Assembly (NCBI GenBank): GCA_963666835.2
Contig: CAXXGO010000006.1
Coordinates: forward strand, 480,001 to 544,000
Length of the DNA: 64,000 bases
Reading direction: 5' to 3'
DNA from: Phycisphaerae bacterium
Lineage (GTDB): Bacteria; Planctomycetota; Phycisphaerae; UBA1845
Below the pieces are notes generated by a model. It did no database searches. It had not been told where the DNA came from and saw only the letters and a list, made by a program, of their open reading frames with translations. The position numbers and the translations under genes are program-made. Shown here piece after piece: positions 1 through 8,929 of this stretch. Position 1 is the stretch's first letter; every line of letters begins with the position of its first letter.

Positions 1-3000
1 CGAGCAAGAACGTCGACTTGTCCGGTATGGTGACCGGATGGACTCGAACCGTAAGGCTGATGTTCAACGGGTCGTCCAACTGATCGCAGTCGATGCTGAT
101 CGTACCGGTATAGGTCCCGGCGTCGGCGGTGCGCGGCACGTAGAGATCCGCCCAGACACTCTGGCATACTCCGCCCGGGTTATTGACACTCGGGACGTCG
201 AAGGTGCCGGCGAACGGCGCGGATAATGGGATCGCGGGGTCGGGATAATACACGCCGTCGTCGCTGACGTAGTGGAGTTTGAACAGCTCCAGATACTCCG
301 CGGTCGGGATGGTCGCGCCGCCCGGCCCGACGAGATCGCTGCCGGCCACCGACACATTCGAAAGGCTCTCTGCCAAACGCTCGATGATCAACTGGAACGC
401 GACCACTTCGTTCCTGCCGGCCGGCAGGTCAACCGTCGCGGTGGCGGAATCCCACACGGCGTTGGCCTTCTTGTAGTCGTCATTACCCGCGCCGGCGTAG
501 CCGTCGCTCATCCGGTTGCCGGTCGCCGGGTTCACCTTCGCCAGATCGGAGCAGGCCCAGAGGCTGAGCACGCCCGACACCCCGAGGATCGGCTTGCCGG
601 TCGGGTCCGGCACCGGGAAGCCGCCGTCGATCAGACTGGGGACGTCACTCGCTGCCGGCAAAGTCAAAACGGTGGAAACCACGTTCCCTCTATTGCCGGC
701 CTTATCGTATGCTTGCACGAAGAAGTGGTATTCCTGCTGGGGATCCAAATGCTCGATGAACACCGTCTGGACAGTACCGGCATCAAGAGGCCGGGGAATG
801 CGCCATCTATCGACCGGGATCGCCGCGGCGAAATCCGATCCGATGGAATAGCGCACGTCATACCCGAAAGCCCGGCCGTCCTCGGTATCTTCCGGGGCAG
901 CAAAACTGAGCACGACTTCGCCGTCCCACTCGCCGGGGCTTGCCGTCAAACCCGCTACATCACCCGGGCCAGTGACATCGTCCTGTGTAGTCTTCAGATA
1001 AAGCCGCGGCTGCAGCGCGCTGCTTTGCTCGCTCGTATAGATGGAAGGATTGACCCAGGTGCGACCTCGCCCGTCGGTGATCGTCAGCCCGTATTGGTCC
1101 AACACCATCGCGTGGACCAGAGCCGGATCGAGCTTCATCGCAATCCAGGTCTGCCCGCCGTCGTCGTAGGTCTTGAACGTGCCGCCGTGCTTGCTGCTGA
1201 GCGTCGTAAGCGAGCCGAAGTTCCCGAAGCTGGCCGTGGTGAAGTCGCTGCCGGGGAAGGTCCACTCGACACTCTCTTCCGGGGAAGCGGCGTTGTAGGC
1301 GCGATATCGCCAGCACGGGTTCCCATCGACACCGTTACCGGTAGTGCCCTCATCCCAATCGGTGTTAATCGTGGCGGCGGCGAGGGCGAACACCTCCGAA
1401 CTCGGATTCGAGCGGGCGACGTGCAGCTCCGCGTGCGTAACGGTTTGTCCCGCATAGACGGACAGATCCCATTTGAGCAGCGCCGGGTCGTCGTGGTTCT
1501 TGATCCGCACCGTCGACGACGTGCCGCGGTTAATCAGCCACTCCGCCTGGTTACGAGGTCCGGCGTAAAACGCTAACCCCGTATCCTCCGTATTGAGCAC
1601 GACATCGACCTCAGGATCGTCCGGATCGAGCCACTCGGCGGGCGGCTCCTCGTCGAAACACTTGCCCTTGATCTCGTTTACTTTCTGAACGGTCAGCCAG
1701 CACCACAACAGATATCCCGAATGGCTCAGGGCCGCGCCGTTGTCGGTATAAGGACTGCTCGCCGCCGAATAGCCGCCGTGCGACGCGCTGGGGTGGACCC
1801 CATCTGAGCTGATCAACGTTCCGTCCCACGAGTCGTCCGGTCGGCGACGCACGATCTCTTCATACAAGTCGATCAACGGCAAGTGTCGGCTCTGCGCCAG
1901 ACTGCGCACGGCCGCGTTATAGTCCGCGACTGCCGACTCCCGATTCCGCCGCGGCGGCAGCGTCGTTAGCGCTACGACGGTGTTATTGACCTCCACACGA
2001 TCGACGATTGCCTCCAAATCGGCGATGAACGAGGCGGTCGGACGCGGTCCGCTGACGTCGTTCGTACCCAGCAGGATCACCACGATCTCGGCGTCGCGAT
2101 ATTGCTTGCCGTCGGGGTTCGTATCCCCCGCGGTGAACATCTGATCCGCGCTGGGCAACCCGCCCCAGCCGCTCAGCATGCCTTCGGTGGTGATCGAGCT
2201 GCGGGCGGTGTAGCTGCCGTTACGCCCCGGTACGTCCACCCGCGACAGGTACCACCCGTTGGGCGAGTTATTGTGGATTGGGTCGGGCCAGGTATCGCCG
2301 GAGTGCATCCAGTTGCAGATTGCCGCGTCGGATGCGGTCTTGCCCGAACCATACTGCGCCCACTGCCCACCCGGGTTGGCATACGTGATCGAATCGCCCA
2401 GCCGGACGACGAACCCGTGGGTTTGCACGGCCGGGTCCTTGCTGCCATAGAGTTCCCGCCCATGGGCGACCCAGCCGGTCGCTCCGTCCTCCCACGCGTC
2501 GTCGTATCCGCAGGCCAGGTCGAGGTCCGCATCCTGATCGCGCACGACCAACGTTACCGGGATGAACTGCGGCGAGTTCTCGGCCGCAGGATCGCTCACC
2601 TGAATCTGTGCCGTATGCGTGCCCCGAGCAACGCCGGTGTGGTCCACGTGAACCAATAGCGTGTCGCCATCGCTGCCCGTTGTATTACTGAGCGAAAGCC
2701 AGCCGACCGGCGCGTCAACGACCGAGGCCGTCCAGTTCAGCACGCCGAACGCCGGGTTATCAACGACCACCGGCATTGCGGCCGGGGGGGCGGCGCTGGG
2801 GGCGAGATCCATATTCAGTTCACTCGGGGCCAGCTCGATCTGAGGTGACCCGGACGCAAAGACTGTTAGATCGATCCATACGCTTGCCGGTGCGTTCGCC
2901 GCCGCGGCATCCGTGATGTCAATACGGCCGGAATACTCACCCGGTGTCATATCGGTGACATCTATGGTCACGTCGAAGGTGTCTCCGTTGCTGCCTGACG

Positions 3001-3871
3001 GATTGGCAAGCGTTATCCAGGGCACCTCCGGAGCTTCGGCCGCAGTCCACGAGAGCATGCCGCTACCCGCATTATTGACCGCTACGCTGTACGGCGGCGA
3101 TATCGGGTCTCCGCCGTGCATCATCAGAGTAAGCGTCGCCGGCGTCGGCGTGATCCACGGGGCCGTCTGCGGAGGCGGAGCAATTTCGACTCGAATGTCA
3201 ACCGAGCCGCCCCACTGGTCGTACCCGAAGACGTCGATGTCGCCGTCGGTCTTGCGGGATCCGACGAACAAGCCGTCCGCGCTCGGGTTACGCAGGTAGT
3301 GCATAATTAGCGACTCGGGAACGTCGATAACGACGTTCCAATAGTCGCGGCCCGCGTGCGGGTTCTCGGCGGAGGACTTCCAGATCGCCTGCCACTGTGA
3401 CGGGTTCGGTTCGAAGACTGCGGAGTCACCCGTGGCGACGCCGGCCAGGACGGCCGCCGCGAAGCTGCCGTAGTTCGTTGAGCCATATCGCCAGCTTCCG
3501 GCCCCGGCGTTGTAAGCGTAGGCTGAGAACCAGGAAAGCGTGCCCGGGTCGATATCCACCGACCCGGCTACCGGATCGAGATCCGCCGGAACAGGATCGT
3601 CCACCCACTCCACCTGCGAAACGATGACGCGCGCATCCCATCCGCCGTGTGTGGTCAGGACGTTGTCGACCTCACTTTCTATTGCTGCCGGATCGAACTC
3701 CGCGAAACTCGCCCCCGCCCCGGCTTGCGGCCACAGCTCTATGCTGGGATGCCAGGTGGCGTTCCAACCCCCGCGCCAGCCGGCAATGTGTTGCGGCGTG
3801 TGCTGAACGATTCCACCGAAAACAGATGTACAGCTTAGACAGACGAGAACAGACCAGAACGTGCGCATCAT
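1..3871 (-). CDS. Large secreted multidomain protein, 3'-truncated by the window edge (>1290 aa): signal peptide, two BACON-like Ig domains, SGNH/GDSL hydrolase, DNRLRE-like domain, FN3-like domain, start of a GH123/DUF4091-type N-terminal domain
   Basis: Absent from the ORF track because it runs off the edge; translated by hand. ATG at 3871 follows GGAGGG. N-terminus MMRTFWSVLVCLSCTSVFGG. SGNH motifs GDSIT, ILLGTND, DGVHP. BACON-like LSWTAAEAPEVPWITL. FN3-like LDPQQEYHFFVQAYDKAGN. AGRNEVVAFQLII and SVWADLYVP...AGTYTGTI near the edge. Confidence 0.8.
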   Translation of the reverse strand, partial: MMRTFWSVLVCLSCTSVFGGIVQHTPQHIAGWRGGWNATWHPSIELWPQAGAGASFAEFDPAAIESEVDNVLTTHGGWDARVIVSQVEWVDDPVPADLDPVAGSVDIDPGTLSWFSAYAYNAGAGSWRYGSTNYGSFAAAVLAGVATGDSAVFEPNPSQWQAIWKSSAENPHAGRDYWNVVIDVPESLIMHYLRNPSADGLFVGSRKTDGDIDVFGYDQWGGSVDIRVEIAPPPQTAPWITPTPATLTLMMHGGDPISPPYSVAVNNAGSGMLSWTAAEAPEVPWITLANPSGSNGDTFDVTIDVTDMTPGEYSGRIDITDAAAANAPASVWIDLTVFASGSPQIELAPSELNMDLAPSAAPPAAMPVVVDNPAFGVLNWTASVVDAPVGWLSLSNTTGSDGDTLLVHVDHTGVARGTHTAQIQVSDPAAENSPQFIPVTLVVRDQDADLDLACGYDDAWEDGATGWVAHGRELYGSKDPAVQTHGFVVRLGDSITYANPGGQWAQYGSGKTASDAAICNWMHSGDTWPDPIHNNSPNGWYLSRVDVPGRNGSYTARSSITTEGMLSGWGGLPSADQMFTAGDTNPDGKQYRDAEIVVILLGTNDVSGPRPTASFIADLEAIVDRVEVNNTVVALTTLPPRRNRESAVADYNAAVRSLAQSRHLPLIDLYEEIVRRRPDDSWDGTLISSDGVHPSASHGGYSAASSPYTDNGAALSHSGYLLWCWLTVQKVNEIKGKCFDEEPPAEWLDPDDPEVDVVLNTEDTGLAFYAGPRNQAEWLINRGTSSTVRIKNHDDPALLKWDLSVYAGQTVTHAELHVARSNPSSEVFALAAATINTDWDEGTTGNGVDGNPCWRYRAYNAASPEESVEWTFPGSDFTTASFGNFGSLTTLSSKHGGTFKTYDDGGQTWIAMKLDPALVHAMVLDQYGLTITDGRGRTWVNPSIYTSEQSSALQPRLYLKTTQDDVTGPGDVAGLTASPGEWDGEVVLSFAAPEDTEDGRAFGYDVRYSIGSDFAAAIPVDRWRIPRPLDAGTVQTVFIEHLDPQQEYHFFVQAYDKAGNRGNVVSTVLTLPAASDVPSLIDGGFPVPDPTGKPILGVSGVLSLWACSDLAKVNPATGNRMSDGYAGAGNDDYKKANAVWDSATATVDLPAGRNEVVAFQLIIERLAESLSNVSVAGSDLVGPGGATIPTAEYLELFKLHYVSDDGVYYPDPAIPLSAPFAGTFDVPSVNNPGGVCQSVWADLYVPRTADAGTYTGTISIDCDQLDDPLNISLTVRVHPVTIPDKSTFLL

Positions 3872-3963
3872 AACCACCCTCCGTGTTACCCCAGAAAAAG
3901 CCCCGACGGAATCAGCCCGAAGATCCCGCCGCCGATCATAATACCCGCGCGACATCGGTTTGT

Positions 3964-4578
3964 GTAGCGCAGGCATCCGGCCTGCAAAACGTCGCACGAC
4001 GCCGTCGGCATGGGCAGGGCAGCGTCGAGAGACGAGACCTGCCGCGACCTTCGCGCGACGCGCGCCACTGTGGCAGGTCTCGTTCCTCGACCATGCCCTA
4101 CTTGGCTGCCCAACGAGACCGCCCCGAAACCTTCACACGTGCTCGATGGTATGCCCCGAACGTACGCCGCAGGCGTTCAACAACAAAGCCCGGGGTCAAA
4201 CGAAGCGGCGCAGCCGCGGCGTTTCACCCTGGGTTACGGAACACCCTCCCAGACCAACCCTGAAATGGGTTGAACAACAGATCGTGTCCGAGGGCTGGCG
4301 CCCTCGGCTCAGATGCGCGACGCAGCTTTCTAGAGCGGGCTCATCCGTCGATGGTGCCACCTGAGTGTCAATTCGAGTCCCCCACCGCTGAAGCGATGGG
4401 CCACCCTACATCGTCGGTCTGTGTGGGGCAGGCCGAGGCACGAAACCTGCCGCAACGGTGCGCGACGCAGGCCCTTGTAGGGGTTTGAGTCACCCACCTC
4501 TGAGGAGGCAAGCCACCCGGACAGAGAGTTACGTCGGACGAAGACCGGCGGCAGGTCTCGTGCCTCGACGTGCCCTAC
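3964..4578. repeat. Mosaic REP/REPIN block 1
   Basis: Family F GTAGCGCAGGCATCCGGCCTGC at 3964-3985. Two inverted pairs of family A at 4014-4043/4072-4101 and 4423-4451/4550-4578. Family G palindrome at ~4181-4233, with an inverted homolog at ~32511-32580. Confidence 0.85.
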
Positions 4579-4628
4579 AACGGCTGACAATCGGGTGTCA
4601 CGGACAAACTGTTGGCGCCGGATCTCAT

Positions 4629-5927
4629 TCAGAACGTAACCCGGGCGCGGAGGCCGGCGACGAAAGCGTCGCGAGCGCTGGGGCGGGCGCCGGGGTTGCG
4701 GATGTACTGCAGGTCGGGAGTCACGTACAGCCACGGGGCTATGAAGATGCGGTAATACAGCTCGTAACCGGTCTCACGCACGAAGTCGTCGTCGATGAGA
4801 AGCCGGTAGTCGTCGGAAGCGCGGGCGGTGTACATACCGAGGCCCAGTACATCGCGGTCCCGGCCGGGGATCAGACCTTCGTACTGCGCCCCGCCCGACC
4901 AGAACTCCGCCAGCCGGTTAACGTCATCGTGCCGGAAACCATAGCGCAGAAACAGACCCAGACCCTGCCGGTCGGCCTCGCTTTCACGATAGATGAGTTG
5001 GTCGAAACTAACGTAGAAGCCGAAGTCGCCTGTCGTGTAATCGGGGGACCGCCGGTTCCGGCCGCGGGTCTCGAACTTCTCCTTCGAGTGCGGGTCGTAG
5101 AAGGTGCCGAAGCGGTAGTTGCCGGGCAGCGGACCGCGGGACGTCGGCAGATCCACATGGAACCGGGTCTCAAAGTGCCCGTAGAATCCGGCGTCGCCGT
5201 GGAAGGCCGTATCGAACCCCGCCTCGAACAGGCGTCCGTCCTTGTCGGCCCCGGCGAACCGAAACTCCAGCCAATCGGTAGCTTCGACAATCAGCGACGC
5301 CCCCAACCCGACCGGGCGCGGCACGATCGCGTTGTTGTTATCCAGGAAGGTGGCCATGAACTGCGTATCTTCCGAATGGGCGTACGCATTGTTGTCCACG
5401 GTAATCTGCATGTCGAGATAACCCAGTTGCAGCCGGATCTTGTCTTCCAGGAAGCGCTGCTCATAGAAGAGCCGGCCGAAGTAGAGCGACTCATCGCCGT
5501 CGGCGTCGTCAAACGGGTCGGAAAGAGCCGCGACCTTGTCATTAATGTTCCGACTGAAGTGGCTCTTGGTGTGCAAGACCAGGCTGCCCCCGGGGATCAG
5601 GTCCATCTTACCGAAGTCGAACGAAAGGATCAGGTCCAGCGTGCCGCTGTTGCGTTGGGCATTGTTCGTATCCGCGCCGCCGCGCATGTTCACGCCGTAG
5701 GTGTGGTTGTAGAAGAGGTCCAGGCGCACGCCTGCATCCTCCAGAGTCGTGCGCGTCCCGCCCCAGTCGCCGGTCAGGCGGGTCCGGTGCATGAGATCGT
5801 CGGTTTCGGCCGCTTGGTCGGCTGCCGGCTGGGCGGCGGCGGTAGTAAGCAGAGCGAGGGTCATTCCCAGCGCGATAACCGGCGGGCGATACCCGTCGTT
5901 ACAGGCGGCCCTTCTCAACAAGTGCAT
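4629..5927 (-). CDS. Carbohydrate-selective porin, OprB family
   Basis: RTRLTGDWGGTRTTLEDAGV N-terminal motif; ETGYELYYRIFIAPWLYVTPDLQYIRNPG; C-terminal Phe (ARVTF); signal peptide; GGAAGGA before ATG 5927. Confidence 0.88.
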   Translation of the reverse strand: MHLLRRAACNDGYRPPVIALGMTLALLTTAAAQPAADQAAETDDLMHRTRLTGDWGGTRTTLEDAGVRLDLFYNHTYGVNMRGGADTNNAQRNSGTLDLILSFDFGKMDLIPGGSLVLHTKSHFSRNINDKVAALSDPFDDADGDESLYFGRLFYEQRFLEDKIRLQLGYLDMQITVDNNAYAHSEDTQFMATFLDNNNAIVPRPVGLGASLIVEATDWLEFRFAGADKDGRLFEAGFDTAFHGDAGFYGHFETRFHVDLPTSRGPLPGNYRFGTFYDPHSKEKFETRGRNRRSPDYTTGDFGFYVSFDQLIYRESEADRQGLGLFLRYGFRHDDVNRLAEFWSGGAQYEGLIPGRDRDVLGLGMYTARASDDYRLLIDDDFVRETGYELYYRIFIAPWLYVTPDLQYIRNPGARPSARDAFVAGLRARVTF

Positions 5928-6051
5928 CAAACGTCCTTCCACTTATAGCCCGACCCGATGACGATCTCGGGCGGGGTTGTCGGCGGTCTTCACCTGCCTG
6001 CGCGTCGATCCGCACCTTACGCCTCAAGGCGCTTTGGCTTTGTCAGCAGGA

Positions 6052-7299
6052 TCAGACCTCGTCCAGCAAGTGGCCCATCTTCCTTTTCTTGGTAGCGAGA
6101 TAGAAACTGTTGTGGTCATTCGGCTTGATCTCGAGGCGAAGCTGTTCGGCGATGGTGATGCCGTAGACTTCGAGCCGATTGACCTTCTTGGGGTTATTCG
6201 TGAGGATCCGAAGCTGGCGCAGACCGAGATCGCGAATAATCTGAGCCCCCACACCGTAGTCGCGCCGGTCCACCGGCAGCCCCAGCTCGACATTGGCTTC
6301 GACGGTGTCCAGTCCCCCATCCTGCAAGGCATACGCCCGCAGCTTGTTGTGCAGCCCGATGCCGCGCCCCTCCTGCCGGAGATAGATCACGGCCCCTTTG
6401 CCCGCCTCCTGGATCATCCTCATCGAGACATCGAGCTGCTCTCCACAGTCGCACCGGGCGGAATGCAGAACGTGCCCGGTGAAACACTCCGACTCGACTC
6501 GCAGGATGACCGGCTCCTCGTGAATAATCGGTTGTCCATTCGAATCAAGGTCGCCGACCCCTCCGCAGCACAGAGCAAGGTGCGGTTCCGGATCGATCGG
6601 AGAATGGTACGAGATCAGCGAGAAATCGCCGAAGTGGGTGGGCAGTTTTGTGGTAACGCCGCGGACGACAAAGGGCTCGCGCTGCATGCGGTACTGAATG
6701 ATGTCGGCCACGGTGTACATCCGAATGCCGTGCTCGCGGGCGATTTCCGTCAGATGCGGCACGCGTGCCATGGTGCCGTCATCGTTGAGAATCTCGATGA
6801 TGACGGCCATGGGAGTAAGCCCCGCCAGACGACAAAGGTCCACCGAACCTTCCGTCTGCCCCGCCCGCACCAGCACTCCGCCGTCGCGTGCCATCAGCGG
6901 ATTGATGTGCCCCGGCCTGACCAGATCCGATGGGCGGGCGTCCGGAGCACAGGCGACTTCAATCGTCTTGGCCCGGTCTTCCGCCGATACTCCGGTAGTG
7001 ACTCCGAACCGGCTGTGGGCATCGACCGTAACGGTGAACGCCGTACCGAACTTGGTGTTGTTCGGAGATGCCTGCTGGTGCAGGTTAAGCTCTTCGCATT
7101 TCTGACGGCTCATTGGCAGACATAGCACGCCCCGACCCACCTTGAGCATGAAGTTGATCGCCTCCGGAGTGATCTTCTGGGCGGCCATCACCAGATCGCC
7201 TTCGTTTTCGCGATCCTCATCGTCCACCAAAATGATCATCTTCCCCTCGCGGAGATCCGCGAAGGCCTGCTCAATCGGGGAAAACGGCGACTTACTCAT
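6052..7299 (-). CDS. ribBA: Bifunctional DHBP synthase / GTP cyclohydrolase II
   Basis: [31 protein letters not shown]...[25 protein letters not shown]. Confidence 0.97.
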   Translation of the reverse strand: MSKSPFSPIEQAFADLREGKMIILVDDEDRENEGDLVMAAQKITPEAINFMLKVGRGVLCLPMSRQKCEELNLHQQASPNNTKFGTAFTVTVDAHSRFGVTTGVSAEDRAKTIEVACAPDARPSDLVRPGHINPLMARDGGVLVRAGQTEGSVDLCRLAGLTPMAVIIEILNDDGTMARVPHLTEIAREHGIRMYTVADIIQYRMQREPFVVRGVTTKLPTHFGDFSLISYHSPIDPEPHLALCCGGVGDLDSNGQPIIHEEPVILRVESECFTGHVLHSARCDCGEQLDVSMRMIQEAGKGAVIYLRQEGRGIGLHNKLRAYALQDGGLDTVEANVELGLPVDRRDYGVGAQIIRDLGLRQLRILTNNPKKVNRLEVYGITIAEQLRLEIKPNDHNSFYLATKKRKMGHLLDEV

Positions 7300-7901
7300 T
7301 CTCGAACCCTCTGCGCTTCTGCATGTTGTGCGGCGGCGAACCGGTTACCGATTCTCAGGTAATCCACGGCCGCGCCTATCGCCAGAACGCTGGCGAGCCA
7401 CCATAACACGGGCAAACCCCGTGCCAGGCCCGACGGCAGATCCGGGGCAATCAGAACCGCCGCGATCATCACCAATTGTACCAGAGTACAGGATTTCCCC
7501 AATAACCGCGGTTGGATGAAGAACTTCCCCGTGGTGGCGTAGACCAACCCGCAGCCTATCACCGTCAGAAGGTCCTTGCTCAGAGCGATCACCGGTACCC
7601 AACTGGGGATCCGATAACCAGGCACGGCCGACGATCCGACCGCCAGGATTATCACCGCCGAAGCGATCAGCAGTTTGTCCGCCACCGGGTCGAGGAACCG
7701 CCCCAGCGGGGTCTCTTCGTTGAGCCGGCGGGCGAGGAAGCCGTCGAGGGCATCACTCAGCGCCGAAACCACAAACAGCCCGATGGCCAGGCGTCGCCAC
7801 CCCGACCAGTCGGCGTTCAGATTCAGCATGCAAATGACCAGCGGTGCGACCAGGATGATCCGGGCGATGGTGATTCGATTCGGCCAGTTGAGCCAGGTCA
7901 T
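7296..7901 (-). CDS. pgsA: CDP-alcohol phosphatidyltransferase (PgsA-like)
   Basis: NWPNRITIARI; SDALDGFLARR...LGRFLDPVADKLL signature. 4-nt overlap with ribBA. Start moved to ATG 7901. Confidence 0.85.
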   Translation of the reverse strand: MTWLNWPNRITIARIILVAPLVICMLNLNADWSGWRRLAIGLFVVSALSDALDGFLARRLNEETPLGRFLDPVADKLLIASAVIILAVGSSAVPGYRIPSWVPVIALSKDLLTVIGCGLVYATTGKFFIQPRLLGKSCTLVQLVMIAAVLIAPDLPSGLARGLPVLWWLASVLAIGAAVDYLRIGNRFAAAQHAEAQRVRE

Positions 7902-7911
7902 GAGGTCTAAC

Positions 7912-8793
7912 TCAGTTCGGAGAAGCGGACTCGGATCGCGGCACAGAGTCGGCGCTAAGCTCCGCCGTGGCGGTCCCACCTTCGCACCGGTCCGCGAAAC
8001 GTACGATAGTTTCGTACGAACCCGGCATTTCCAGAACATGGTGGGTCCCGTCGGCGTAAACCAATACTAAAGCGGGCAAGCGCAGCTCTCCATACGGAGT
8101 GCGCCGGGCCTTTGCCCAAGGGTTCCAAGAACCGACTCGGGCGTGGGCCATCCCGCGCCAACGAGCAAACACCTCCGGACGCTCGATCATCCCCTCGATT
8201 TCACTCCAATCTCGGGAGAACTGCCGATAGTAAACGACCAGTATGGGCCGGCCCGTATCTTCCGCAAACCTCTGCGCGGACTTCAGGCTGCGCCATTCGT
8301 ATTCCACGCGACGAGGAACCAGCGGGTTTATTCGGGGTGCTTGCCCGGGCTCGGCCGCATCCGACAAGAACCGCTCGACCTGCGCAGTGGTCATGGCCCC
8401 GGTTTGGGCGTGATAGGTGCCGTCGCTACGGACTACAATCAAGGCCGGAGCTCGTTCGACTCCGAACTGGGCGACGTAACGGCGGTCCGGTTCATAGCTC
8501 TTAAAGAGCATACACCTCACGAACTCGCGACTGGCTTTTCTTACGTTTCGCTCTTTCAGCGGTGCCTGGAGCGGGTCCGGACGGCCGCGATGAACGCTTC
8601 GGTACCAGATGAGCATATCGCGGTCTGACTTCCGCATGCGCTTCTCGGCCGTGTCGAAGTCCGCGCCCCAGCCTTCTACGATCCCGTGTTGGAGGGTCGC
8701 GCATCCGGAGCCGGCGAGAACAACCCACGCCGCCGCCATCAGCAGAGTGCCTATACGACCCGTTCTGCGTGCTAAGAGTGCTGCTGCCGACAT
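7912..8793 (-). CDS. Lipoprotein with two thioredoxin-like folds lacking CxxC
   Basis: Lipobox LAGSGC; W..DFDTA....RKSDRDMLIWY and AQFGVERAPALIVVRSDG; second repeat AEDTGRPILVVYY...LPALVLVYADG; GGAGG before ATG 8793. Confidence 0.65.
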   Translation of the reverse strand: MSAAALLARRTGRIGTLLMAAAWVVLAGSGCATLQHGIVEGWGADFDTAEKRMRKSDRDMLIWYRSVHRGRPDPLQAPLKERNVRKASREFVRCMLFKSYEPDRRYVAQFGVERAPALIVVRSDGTYHAQTGAMTTAQVERFLSDAAEPGQAPRINPLVPRRVEYEWRSLKSAQRFAEDTGRPILVVYYRQFSRDWSEIEGMIERPEVFARWRGMAHARVGSWNPWAKARRTPYGELRLPALVLVYADGTHHVLEMPGSYETIVRFADRCEGGTATAELSADSVPRSESASPN

Positions 8794-8929
8794 TGCAAAT
8801 CCCACCTCCGCGCGCCGTAGCTTTCGCCACCCCCGCCTGGGCGGATCTTGAAGCCGCCGCACGGAATCACCGTCGTTGGTTTATCGGTCGAAGTCTACTT
8901 GTCGGCCCGAAGGGAGGCAACTGGCAGCG

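Noticed and set aside
4370..4390. tRNA or att remnant (TTCGAGTCCC; also near 12664)
   Set aside because: No T-stem, acceptor stem or cloverleaf can be built, and no integrase is nearby.
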